NCBI GenBank assembly: GCA_964035545.1
Contig: OZ037765.1
Location: 20,026,995 to 20,090,994 of the forward strand
Length of the DNA: 64,000 nucleotides
Direction: 5' to 3'
Source: Bugula neritina
Lineage: Eukaryota > Animalia > Bryozoa
The translations under genes and the position numbers were made by a program. Positions 1 to 12,925 of this stretch are shown in pieces. The notes beneath the pieces are model-generated. The model ran no database searches, was not told the origin of the DNA, and saw only the letters and a program-made list of their open reading frames with translations. Every line of letters starts with the position of its first letter. Positions within the stretch are counted from its first letter, which is position 1.

Positions 1-157
1 TGCTCATCTATGATCTCTTTGAGCCTAGAAACTTTTTTATTGAAATATAATATATATTCTTATAATGTTGAATAAACTTGTTTAATTATCTCACTTACCA
101 GCTTTTGCAGGAAGCCGAGACAAAGAGGCAAGCGAGCACCAAACAGGCAACCTTCAT
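1..157 (-). CDS. 5' end of a secreted-protein gene (partial, continues beyond window start)
   Basis: Exon 157-99 reads MKVACLVLACLFVSASCKS (signal-peptide-like) with a gtaagt donor; 74-nt intron; ttctag acceptor; exon 24-1 continues in phase (WLKEIIDE). Confidence 0.7.
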
Positions 158-548
158 CTTGTAAGTTGATGTGGATAGTGTTTCAATACTGCTAAGAAAA
201 GTTCTAAGGTGATGCTGCCACATGACAGTGTGAAATAACACTTGGTAGTTGACGTCATGGAATACTTGGACTTACTATCAGCATAGCCTAATGATCATCA
301 TTAGAAGTTGTTCCTAGTTCAAGATAGTCTAACTTTAGTTACATACATTTAACATTAGTTCACAATGTCAAGCTAAATGTTAAAACTGGTACTTTTTAAA
401 TAATTAGGACTGCGTGTAATAAATGTTATAGTAAGGATCTCAGTCTAATTAATAGCTGCATGAGAAAAACCAGGTGCTGAGCTTTCTCTCAGTTATGGAA
501 TCATTTTTTTAATGTTCAAAGGCATTGTTATATAGAGTAGGCATAATA

Positions 549-3500
549 ATGTATCTGGGGACTGCTTTTGCTTTATTGTCAATATTGTAAGTGCTTATAT
601 GTATACACATTTTATAACATGTATATAAACACTTATTTGTGTGAGATTGTCAAAAATTTATCAACATCAGCATTATTTTGATAATCTACTGTGAATTTTC
701 ACTTCAAACAGCATTTTTTATTTTAGTGTGCAAGCTTGTGCTTTGTATTGTTGAGGCTTTGGGTGAAATGTTACATAGAGCATATGTTTTCTTTTCACTG
801 CACAACTCAATAAACACTAAAATTATGTGGGATTTCCCAATAAACTATGTCTTTTAAATGTTTATCAGCTACAATTCTATAAAATAAATTGGCACACACT
901 GTCTATTTTTATTGGGTTGAAAAGTTGCTTTTAAAATATAAAGACATCACTTATAAAAAATGTAGTCAACAAGCAACAGTAAAAATATCTGCGCTTAAAT
1001 CATATACAACTTTATAATAGCTTAATCTTAACTCAAGTTAGTGATTTTATTGCATAAATTTTGTCATTTTCTTACCTTACTATCTATACATTTGTATTAG
1101 GTACGCCAGTACTTGTGTCAGAGGGAATGAGGATGTGCTGAGGAGCTTGGTTGCTGGTCACTATGATGCATCAAGTGTTTCAGTAGCCCGAAGAGCTCTT
1201 CTTCAAAGTAAGAGGTTTATATTTTACATCTCTTATATTATATGATTATATAGATACAATAAGAAGCCAATGTGCATGTTTTGTAAAAGTCACAATTACT
1301 TTATAATTCACCACGATTTTATATATCGTTTTAGTATTATAATATAGTCTCTATTTAAAACAGTGATTGTAACCAAGATGTTTGTTTCGGTGCAATAACC
1401 ATCATATCTATATTCTCTGTTAACTGAAAAATATATGAAATAGCCATATTCACAAATGTTCAATTATATGCTAAGCCTATTATAAAAAGTATGATGCATA
1501 TATGTGTGCTACAAGTTATAACTTTTTGTTATTATTATTGGTTAAAAATTATTTTGTTACATAAAGCTTTCGAAAACAAAACCCACATATACATACATCC
1601 AAAAATATTATTGTAATTTAATAATATCAACTTTGGCTTTAGAAATTAATTGAATTTTCTAGACTAAGATCTCTGAAGTTGTATTATACAGGCGCTGGCA
1701 TCTCAAACCTGGCTAATGCATTTGCAAGTCAAATAGGAACGCAACAAAAGTCGGCTGCTGTTGATGCTAAAGGAAGAATTCTACCTTACATTCCTCAGTA
1801 CCAGATCTCTCAACAGACTAGTTATGTTGATAGTTGTCTTGGCTACACCAGAGGAAAGAGAGAATTCCTGCATCAGCTGTAAGTAAATATTAAATTACAA
1901 GTGAAGTTTACAAACAATATTTATACTTATTTATACATTTCTAACTTAATAGGAACAAACATTGTTTGCTCAAAAATGAAGTTTTATTAATCTCATAGTG
2001 ATATTATATTTATGACAAATAAGGTACTTCTAATGTTGGTCAAAGCAAGCTATCAATTTCATTGCTTTAAATTAACTTTTTAAGTTCTTTTTTAACATTT
2101 GTACTCATTTGTACTCGGCCTTTGGCTTCATGTAGATTGCTATAACACTATTGTATTGTGAATTGTTTTTCAATTTAAACACTGTCTTCTCATAAAGTAA
2201 CTATAAGCTAGCGATTCAATTTTATTAGAAAAGTTAGTTCTATCATGTCATATATATAAATACTTTACTTTATATGCTCCTTGTGTACACTTTAAATGTG
2301 CATAATTCTAATTTTCAATAAAGTATATAACAACTTTTTTCGTTCTGGTTTTTTTTTTTGATAAATGAAATTTACTCCAGTGCAAAGAGAGAGGCAGTAA
2401 AGACTGCAAACAGAGACTTTGTGTTTGTCCTGGACACATCAGGAAGTATTTTGGGGTCGGAGTTTGTCTTGGCAAAAGAAGCCATCAGCTCGCTTGTGGA
2501 AGCATTCTGTCCAACTACTTTCGGTTTGTATAAATTGGGAGCTTTTCTTATAATAAACAGCAACTTCTTCATGCAGCACATCAATTAAATGCCAAAAATA
2601 CTTGTCTTTTATCAACCTTGTAATACCCGCATTGTTTTCAGCTTTATACCTAATTATAGAATGTGAAGCCATTAATAAATGGAAATTGCAACGTACATGC
2701 ATATATATACATTTAAATGCAGACACACACACATATAGCATGTACTTTAGGCAGTGAAGTTACAGAAGAAGGAACAAAGCAGATGGCTATGGTAGTCTTT
2801 GGTTCCAGAGTCACAAAAGTGATAGACTTTGCTGACAGTCATAAGGGTCTTTCATACATTCAAGACAAGATACTCAGCGTAAGGCACAGAAGAGAAAGCA
2901 AGACAAGTACAGCAACTGCCCTTAACTATGTCAGGGAGGCAATCCTTGGACAGGTTTGTGTTTAGCCTAAGGGTGTACCTTTTCTTCTACCAGACTTCAA
3001 CAAATATACCTAGGAAAACAACTGCAACAGCTGCCAGCCTGTAGGGGTAACGGGGGCACAACGGTCATAGGGGTACAAAAAGCCGGCCAAATTGTGAGAG
3101 AACTTATTGACTTAGAGTTTTGATTTTTTTTTCATAAAAAGGTATTGACATAATTATTCAGCCTTTGTAGTTTCAACACTTGCGGAACATACGTGTTGAA
3201 AAGGCGAGTAGAAAACTGTTTTTACCTACTTTTTGTAAAACTTTTAAGATGTCGTTAAAGCTTTATAACTTTTTACACTCAAAGGCAAGAAGCCTATATT
3301 TTACTAATATTGTTGCCATTGCTTGTCTCTACATTGCTTAACTAGTATAACAGCAAACTCTGAAATAAATTTTCCTCGAGGCACATTTATTTTCAATTTG
3401 GCCACACGGGGCACAATGGGCCACGCTGACCGGGGCACAACAGGCCACCTGATTATTGCACCCTGATCACTGTTATTAGTTTGTTTGCCCAAAAAGTTGG

Positions 3501-5582
3501 TTGAAATGTTACTAAAATCTATAAGCAGAGCCATTTCTGACCTTTTTGTAAAACATCAAAGACATCATGGTAAGAGTACCAAACTACAAGGTGAAGCTCC
3601 TTTAATATATACATCTGGTGAGGTTAAAGTTTTGCTATTTTATACATAATACAAAACACTCTGCTGTCACTACTAGTATAAATAGTCATGATATCCATTA
3701 TACATTATATCATTGAGAGAATAGACATATATCTGACTAAAATAAATTGTGATTTGCTCATTTGCTCCCCCTCCCCTCTTCCTTTCGTACTCCAGCCACA
3801 AACTGAAGCCATGCACCTTAGCTATAGTTCATAGAAAAAAGTCCACTCAAGATTTTGTAGCACATGTTACTAAAGTTTTTTTTCTGATAAAAGTTCCTCT
3901 GAATTGTAAATAAAGAAAAACATTTTTAGTTCTAAACAGTAATGATAATGGCACCGTAGAACCGAGTGATGTGCGTTTGATTTTGCCTTCCTCTGCTATC
4001 CGTCCGTGGTGGCGCAAACTGTACAGCTAAAACATGAATTTTGCTTTAGACCTGAAAGAATATTTTTATTTATTTGTAATATTAAATAAATAAAGATCAG
4101 ATGCAACAAAATCTGCAAAGCTTCAATATATTTGTTGTGACGAAAAAATTGGCCCATTGTACCCCGGTACCGGGGCACAATGGGCCGATTTTTTCGTCAT
4201 GGAAATTTCATTATTCTGAAAGTTGTGAGAGAGATAGAAACAACAAACTGATACCTGTAAAAGACAACAGATGCAGCATTAAGGCTAGAGATTATTGAAC
4301 TAGTAACTTGAAAAACAGACGAATGAGAGCAAAAAATGCAAAATTCGGCCCGTTGTGCCCCCGTTACCCCTATTATAGAAGAATAGCAGATAAACTTTGC
4401 ATTGAATTTGTGGTTGTCTACACTTTAATAAAAATTAACTTAGGGTGGGAAAGAGAAGGGGACTTTAATAGTCTCCCTCTTTATGAAAACTCCTAATGGC
4501 AATTTTTCAAGTAAACTAAAGAATTTTTATGCTGTAATAAAGAAGTAATTATGATTGGATGCTCTTTCTGACAACCAATAATTGTCTATGAGAATCTGAG
4601 CCCATGATGAGTGCACACTACGCAGCACTCTACCCATTAGAGTCTAGACCAGGGGTGTCCAACCTTTTCAGAGCAAAAGCTACTAAAAGGGAATATTAGC
4701 TTGTGCTAGGGGGTCACAGCATCAGCATTTTTCAAATAACTTTATCTCGAATTCCTATAAATCATTAATAATTGATGCAAGCTGCCTGTTTTGTAGCATG
4801 TGTATAAATAAGGCATAAGGTGATTTTTCACTCTAAGGTGTGAAAAATGAATCGTTCTATAAGCAGCTCCGAGTTGGTGGTCAATGTGTGCAGTAGTTTA
4901 GGGAGTCTCAAGTTTGAAGTTGGGAACATAACTCCAAACGTCAGACCTCCGAACTACTGCACTCATTCACCACCCACTTGGAGCTGCTTATAGAATCATT
5001 TTCGAAAAATAATGTTATGTGTTGCACTTTTGAGGGCCACATAAATGTAGGTTAGGACCACTTCCGGCCCCGAAGCCGTTTGTTGGACAGCCCTGGTCTA
5101 GAATATTGTAGCTTCCTCTACACTCCATTAGTGTTCCACTTAAATACTTTCTTTATAACCTATGCGCCTTTCTCTATTTTCACCATATAAACTTCTTTGA
5201 AAACTTCCAAGTGAACTCAATGTAGGTTGCTAGAATGAGTGATCTTATAATTATTCTTATGTAATATTTTTTCACATTGTAATTTAAGGGTGAAAGTAGA
5301 ATCAACAACCCGGATGTTTCCACTGATGTCATCATTATAACAGATGGGCGGTGCAACACAGACTGTAAAAACTTAGCCAAGGAAGCTGATGCAATCCGAG
5401 CTATGGGTCAAGGGGTCAACGTGTTTGCTGTCGGCGTAGCTGAGGCTAGAGAATGTGAACTCGACATCCTTTCTGGTAAAACGCCACAGTCTTCATTTGG
5501 ATTGGACGGAATGAAGTATTTCAAAGAGATGGCTGAATCAGTAATGGCAAAAGCTCAATCAACACCAGAGAAATGCGTTTGA
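549..5582 (+). CDS. Secreted protein with a single von Willebrand factor A (vWFA) domain
   Basis: Exons ~549-586, 1101-1207, ~1643-1878, 2381-2524, 2751-2953, 5289-5582. Signal peptide MYLGTAFALLSILYASTCVRG; vWFA motifs DFVFVLDTSGSI (MIDAS DxSxS), TSTATAL, VIIITDG, VFAVGV. The phase at the exon 2/3 junction is unresolved (a small exon may be missing). Confidence 0.85.
3044..4370 (+). mobile_element. Non-autonomous TIR DNA transposon, TA-flanked (Tc1/mariner/pogo-like), copy 1
   Basis: TIR GGGGTAACGGGGGCACAACGG ... CCGTTGTGCCCCCGTTACCCC with TA on both sides; internal GGGGCACAA repeats at ~3408-3447 and ~4150-4187; no transposase ORF; inverted second copy at 8540-9858. Confidence 0.9.
4540..4641 (-). 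mobile_element. Degenerate tRNA-derived SINE fragment
   Basis: Reverse complement shares the AAGAGCATCCA.TCATAATT core with the SINE at 36953-37141. Confidence 0.5.
4650..5095. mobile_element. hAT (Charlie-type) MITE
   Basis: TIRs CAGGGGTGTCCAAC / GTTGGACAGCCCTG; 8-bp TSD GTCTAGAC / GTCTAGAA matching the NTCTAGAN target preference of Charlie elements. Confidence 0.88.
4855..4995. mobile_element. Hairpin MITE nested inside the hAT MITE
   Basis: Arms TTCTATAAGCAGCTCC...TGCAGTAGTT / AACTACTGCA...GGAGCTGCTTATAGAA; same family at 28822-28948. Confidence 0.75.
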
Positions 5583-6989
5583 GTGCATTGCACATACCTG
5601 TTATGTAAATATATATTAGTTGTAAAAATAAAGAAGCTGTCAATGACACCATGATAACCTGTCTCTAACTTGAATACATGCAACCCATTAACTGTACTTC
5701 TCTCTAATCTAACAAAATTTATAAATTAAGCAAATTAATAAAAACTTAAGAAACTAGAATATGCAAGAGACTAAATATGATTGAAAAAGCTTAATACTTT
5801 ATAGGTTAGTTAGCACAAAACATTTTAGTAAATATTTCATAAATGGCACAAACTGTTGACTGTACTGTACTCCTGTACTGTAATATTACTTTTATTGCAG
5901 TACAGGAGTTGACAGCATGTTTAATACTTTCCAATATGTACAGCTGATACAAAAGATTTTACAAGTTTTATAATTTTGAGCTAGAAGCTATAAAATTTTG
6001 AAGTTGTAACAAATATGATAAATATTAATAATAATTTGTGTATACACATTGAGCATTTTGCTCTGGCACTTTTACAGTGATTTTTAGTGCATAAACAACA
6101 CATATCATATAATGAAGCCATAAGCAGTGCATGCTATATATAGGTCAAATGTTCAAATGCAGCACAGTGGTCATATTATCTAAAATTATACGTTATGTTA
6201 ATTGTGATGCCAGTTGTGTAAATTTATGTACATATGGTGCCTAAGGTGGAGCCATATGCAAATATGGAACACTAACACACTTCCAATGCTGAAGTGAGTT
6301 TTAACAAACACCTTTCTTATAAGCATGCATGGGATCTAGCAAGTAACTAGTTCTCTATGCTTGAACTAAGAAAGCATTAAAGAATTTGTAAAAAATTGTA
6401 TTTTATGATTATAACTGCCCTCTCACTTCGTTCATAATTAGACAAATCTAAATTAAAAACATATTTATTTGCAATGTAAAATTAAACTAATGATTTGAAA
6501 CATTCTAATGCAAGACTGCTCACGGCAATAGTATTTATTATTGAGCGTATAACAGCATATAATTATGTGAAAAAAACAGTCAAAAATTAGCTTTAACTTT
6601 TAATCACAATTGAGAATGCTACAATAAGGCATAGCAGCATTGGCTAAATAATAAAAACTTAAAAGATACTCCCAAATTTCAATCTATTATACTAATTAGG
6701 CAATTGTACCAAAAATTTCATTTTAAAATGTGAAGTTTAGATAGCGCAGGTTTGTATTTATTCTGAATAATTTAGGTACTTATAAACAAAAGGAAAATGC
6801 AACCTATTAGTAGCAAAATGACTAAAAACTTGCCAATTGATGAAAAATAAAAGCAATAAATACTTTTTTCAAAATTATTTCATAAAGTAGCTAAAATAAA
6901 ATAATTGAAAGTTGGTAATCGTAGTTTGACATCTGTATGTAAATATCTGCCCACTGAGGGTCACATCATGTTTGTTCCCATGTGTCTGC

Positions 6990-9900
6990 TTATCCAATGA
7001 CATTTATATTGTTGGCAGGTTTAGTCCCAGTAGTGCATGAAGCTGAAATGTTATGAAAGATAAACAAGTTTAATATAATAGATAAACTCTAATCAACGCT
7101 TGCACATTCTTAGTTGTTATTGCATTGCTTCAAGAGGACCTTCCTAATTTCAAAAATGTTTCATAAAAGTAAATTTATAGAACAATTGAATGAACCCAAA
7201 TTAAAATGAAACCTGAAACAATGCATCAAACCCTAAACATGCAACAAGAGCATAAAATTTTATTATGGAATAGAAACTACACAATCACCTACCAGGAGCT
7301 TTGTCAACATTGACTTGAGCAGTTCTTGCAGCAAACAGTGTTTCAGTCAAGTTGAGGAGTCTATCTTTTTCAGGAGTTGCGATTACTTTGAGTCCAGCGC
7401 TGTTGAATTCCATAACTGTGTCAGCGCTGACGTTAAACAGTGGCCATGTTGGTGTACCAACAGGAAGTGGTACTGGTAAGTTAGGGTTTCTAGAAGCTGA
7501 GTAAAATAGTTGTCAATAAAATTACAAGGTCATGTCGTCTCACCTAAAAACTAGGTAAAAATTAGGCAAAAATAAACTAATAAAACATTAAAGCATTTTT
7601 ATGATATTTAAACCAATGTGAAAGTTTATGTTTTATACATGTAAAGCGGCTATATTATAATATTTTAGTTTTATTTTACAGATAGAAAAACAAAGTCAGA
7701 AAATTAAATTTAAGTTTGTAGCAGCCATATAATTATCTGAATAGTAATTTAAGAGATTGAATGAATTATTATAATGCAACAATCATTACCCAGATTTAGC
7801 AAAGTTAGTCCAAGTTCTCATCATCACATCAGATAAAGGCTTTTCTTTGTCAGAGAATCCATTGAAAAAGTGATTTAACCAAAATTGAGCATCAGCTGGG
7901 ACACTGTCTCCAAAGTAAACTAAAGTTAGTAGAGAAATTTTTAAATTGCAATTTAGACAAATAAATATCAAGGATGGAAAATAATCCGCTAATTTAGAGT
8001 ATAATGGCGTGTGATCACCTGCATTGTGTATCTGAATTATCTGTAAGTTTAAATTTTTTACTTTAAGAAAGTTATTCAAAAAAAAGTAATTTTTACACAA
8101 TAGGTAAAAGTAATTTAAGTACTTTTGTCTAGAAAGTTCTCTTTGTTATATGGTGAGCCGAACACAAACGGTAGCTCATCACCATGGTTAGACTTATTGC
8201 CAAGCCAGGAGGGTAATGGTGTGAATGAAGGGGGATTTGGGTCAACTTCAGTGAAGTAGTAAGCATATGTAGACTTAGTCCCAGTGCTATGCTCTATCAG
8301 CTGCCGGAATGTGTCAGCATTTAATGATACTTCTCCTGAAATAAACCTGTATGCATGTAAATTATAGTTTTTGTTTAGAATATATATTATTAAGTACTAT
8401 TAGCTTTAATAAACTTATATAAAGCTTTTTATCAGCTTAGAAATTTCTGAAACAGACAGCTGTGTGTCACAGTAAATTTGTGACGCAATTTAAAATTCTA
8501 GCAGCCAGTTAACGTAAACTGTGCTTATATTAAGTAAGTGGGGTAACGGGGGGGGGGGGGGGGGGGGGGGGCACAACGAGCCGATTTTTGCATTTGTTGC
8601 TCTCATTCGTCTGTTTTTCAAGTTACTAGTTCAATAATCTCTAGTCCTAATGCTGCATCTGTTGTCTATTACAGGTACTAGTTTGTTGTTTCTATCTCTC
8701 TCACAACTTTCAGTATAATGAAATTTTCATGACGAAAAAATTGGCCCATTGTGCCCAGGTACCGGGGTACAATGGGCCACTGGGTGGGACACAACAAATA
8801 TATTGAAACTTTGCGTGTTTTGTTACATCTGATCTTTATTTATTTAATATTACAAATAAATAAAGATACTCTTTCAGGTCTACAGCAAAATTCATGTTTT
8901 AGCTGTACAGTTTGTGCCACTACGGATAGCAGAGGAAGGCAAAATCAAACGCGCATCACTCGGTTCTACGGTGCCATTATCATTACTGTTTAGAACTAAA
9001 AATTTTCTTTTATTTTCACTTCAGGGGAACTTTTATCAAAGAAAAAACTTTACTAACATGTACTACAAAATTTCGAGTGCACTTTTTTCTATGAACTGTA
9101 GCTAAGGTGCATGACTGAGGTTTGTGACTGGAGTATGAAAGGGAGAGGGGGGAGCAAATGAACAAATCACAATTTATTTTAGTCAAATACATGTATATTC
9201 CCTCAATGGTGTAATATATAATGAATATCATGACTATCTACTAGTAGCAACAGCAGAGTGTTTCGTATTATGTATAAAATGGCAAAGCGTTAACCTCACC
9301 AGATGTTTATATTAGGAGAGCTTCAACTTGTAGTTTTGTAGTCTTACCATGATGTCTTTGATATTTTACAAAAAGGTCAGAAACGGCTATATCTATAGAT
9401 TTCAGTAACATTTTAACCAACTTCTTGGGCAAACAAACTAACAACAGTAATCAGGCTCCAATAATCAGGTGGTCCATTGTGCCCCGTGTGGCCAAATTGA
9501 AAACAAATGTGCCTCAAGGAAAATTTATTTTGGAGTTTGCTGTTATACTAGTTAAGCAATGTAGAGACAAGCAATGGCAACAATATTAGTAAAATATAGG
9601 CTTCTTGCCTTTGAGTGTAAAAAGTTATAAAGCTTTAATGACATCCTAAATTTTTTTCAAAAAGTAGGTAAAAACAGTGTTTTGCTCGCCTTTTCAATAC
9701 ATATGTTCCGCAAGTGTTGAAACTACAAAGGCTGAATAATTATGTCAATATCTTTTTATGAAAAAAAATCACAACTCTAAGTCAATAAGTTCTCTCACAA
9801 TTTGGCCAGCTTTTTGTACCCCTATGACCGTTGTCCCCCCCCCCCCCCCTGTTACCCCTACTTGTTTTAGCAGATTTTTTATGTGGTGATAAATGCCATC

Positions 9901-12900
9901 AATTAAATCTCTTATTTACATAGGTATTTAAAATGCTGTGACATATGTAAAACCCTTCAGGTCGGTAAAACATACTTTTAAAAAAGGTAGGTGCAGCAAT
10001 AAAAACTAAAAGAAAATTCTGTGTTGTAGATGAAAAATGCAGCAAAACAAGTGACGCTATTTGGAATTTAAACTTATGACCAAGACAAAAAAGCACTTTT
10101 TTAAATGATAACAAAACAGGTATATTTTAGAAATTGTGAATTCACACTTCTTGAAAAAGCTGTGTGCATGTAGATTCTTAGCAAATTAATTGCAAACTCT
10201 ACAGCTATGCACCAAAGCTGTACATTTTACAGTACTAACAGCTAAAAATCCGAAACTGTTTAATGTCTGCATGTAATCGTTACACTAAGGCATGACGCTT
10301 ATAATTTTTAGCTATAGCTAAAAATTAAATCTTTGTTAAATAAGAACTCAAGTCGAAATTGCAATCACTTTTACATTCATTTTTATCATTTTTTAACTTT
10401 TTAGCATTTGCAAACCTAAATTTTAGAGGTTTTTAAAAGCTTCTATAGTTTCAAAGTGTAAAAATATAATTTATAATATAATATAATATAATAATTGCAT
10501 TTATAGAAAACATACCAACAAAATCACCAACTCTGTGTCCTCTTTCTATATCATTTTCCAGCCGATCTAATTCGTATGTGTCAACTAAAAACTTTACACA
10601 CAGCTGAACAGACAATGGTGTAAACATTTCACAATTTTCTTGTAAAATTCTGGAAGCAACCTCCATGCTTACACCAGCTTCAGGGTCTGACATGTTCAGC
10701 ATAGCGATAGAAGAAATGACTGCTAAAGCACCCTCATCTTTGTTCACACCAGCGAGCAAATCAAACCTGAAAAATTGTACGAGAAGTATGAGAATGTATA
10801 AGAAATGCAAAAAATGTCATGTAAAAACCATTTTTAAAAAATAAAGCGATTGTATACTGTTTATTCATAATTGAGTATACCTGACATGCAGATATTGAAT
10901 TGGTTAGCAATTATGTAAACGGTTAAAAATTGTTGCTATAATGACTATATGGCCTAAAATATTCATTATTATCATCATGGACAAACTATTCCAGAATATG
11001 CTTACCGTTTGGTTGCATTGTAGACCTCTTGTGAAGCATAACCTAGAAGGAAATCGTCATCTGGAACTGGATGCCAGTGATTTACCAATGGGTTGTCTGT
11101 AACCACAGTTGACAGTAACTCATCTACACTTTTATTCTCTAAGCACTTGTAGATGGACTCATCTTTTGAACAGTTGTGCTGATTTCTTATAGATTCTCTA
11201 ATTTCAAAAAGTTGGTTTTCTGAATTAAACCAGCCCCAGTGTGAGTATAAAGATCCTGACTGTAATTAACATGAGCAAAGATATACTTATTTAAAATGAG
11301 GCTTCTGTATTGTAAAATAGGATGATTGTAGCAATGCTAGCATTACAATCACAAATTGAATATAATGTACAAGTGGTCACACTGTTGAAACTCATTATTT
11401 AAACTTGAGTTTATTTCATATACCAACCCAAACTTCAATCTTTAAAGTAGCATATTTTACTAAACAATATGAACACCTCTTGAATAGCTCTTTGAAATAG
11501 TCCGCCATTATGACGACCCATCATTTGAGCTGAAACACTCCCAGCTCCTGCAGATTCTCCAAATATGGTAATGAGTTCTGGATCTCCTCCAAACTTGTCA
11601 ATATTTTCTTTTACCCACATTATAGCAGCTCTTTGATCCCACAAACCAAAGTTTCCAGTGCCTAAACATAGCCACTATTAATTTAGTTTAGAATATTGCA
11701 ATAAAATTAATGGCAATAGCCATCTAGAAAAAGCTGACTATAACTTTTGTTATGTTAAAAAATAGTTAGAGACTTGCATACCTGGACCATCATAGAGAAA
11801 CCCAAGCATAGCCAGCCTGTAATTAATAGCCACTACAATGACATCACCCTTAACAGCCAAAGTAGCTCCAAAATAACCATCTTTTGATCCTAATGTATAA
11901 CCACCACCATGGATCCAAACCATAACAGGCTTCTTCTTATTCACATCAACACCTCCAGGGACAGTGATGTCTAGGAACAGGCAGTCTTTGTTTGTAATCG
12001 AAAGCTTGACTGTAAGTGAACAATGCAGAAGATGAAGTCCTAGTATTATGATACAATATTATCATGTCCTTTAAAAGCTTTGTGAATTATTAGGAAAAAT
12101 ATATGTTAAAATATAATATGATATGAATATAATATAATATATTCAAAAAACCTTTTTATAGTACAAAATTTCATACATCTGAGTGTTCTCTGTGCACAGG
12201 GGTGGCCTACAGAAGTTGCATTTCTAACTCCTGTCCAGACATCCACTGGTGCTGGTCTCTTGAATCTCAGACTACCAACTGGAGGAGCAGCATATCTCAC
12301 TCCTGTAAGCATTAGTTCAGTATTGAGTAGTGAGATGAAACAACTCTAATAAATGTAACACCATTGGAAAACTCAATAAAACTGTTTACTCTTATATCAG
12401 GATAACGAAATGAACTACACAAGTTGCTAATAGTCTTACCAGACTTTATTTTCGTTGGAAATCATAAAGAAAGCTTTCTCTTGGATGTGTTAGCTTAATA
12501 AGCTAGAAACTTGAGGCGCATGGTATTAGAGAGATTAAATACAAAAATTATTTGAAAATGGCACTATAACACTTGAATTATTGTTTATATAGAGCTTAAA
12601 ATTTGAAAATATCGTGCATATCTTATACATCTTTACACTTATATATTGGTATTAATTCTACCATCAAATTGCATAGTATGCAGCGTGAAAATATGAAGTA
12701 AATTTTAATTTTCTAATAATACAAAAGTCGTTGAGTTGAAAGTTAGGTCAACACACCTTGTAATAGATGATGAAACTTACCTAGAAACAAATCTACAGGA
12801 ACATAACCATAATTAAACTGTTTACCACGAAGTTGGCCACCATGACTTAATGTAACCACAGGGTCAGCAGAGATACTGGGTGCTGTTATGGTAGTCAGCA

Positions 12901-12925
12901 CAAACAGCAACAATAACGTGACCAT
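6990..12925 (-). CDS. Secreted carboxylesterase (COesterase/type-B family), paralog A
   Basis: About 10 exons; signal peptide [20 protein letters not shown]; [28 protein letters not shown] oxyanion hole, GESAG catalytic Ser, NKDEG Glu, NHGDE His, [11 protein letters not shown]; ends [17 protein letters not shown]. Confidence 0.95.
8540..9858 (-). mobile_element. Second, inverted copy of the 3044-4370 TIR element, in an intron of esterase A
   Basis: Colinear reverse-complement similarity along its whole length; the G/C runs in both TIRs are expanded. Confidence 0.9.

Noticed and set aside
727-762. Hydrophobic exon candidate in vWFA intron 1
   Set aside because: Joining it to exon 1 gives a stop; exon 1 splices cleanly to 1101.
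3996-9231. Short ORFs such as MPRYRGTMG... found twice
   Set aside because: They lie inside two copies of the same non-coding TIR element, with no transposase motifs and no conserved stops.
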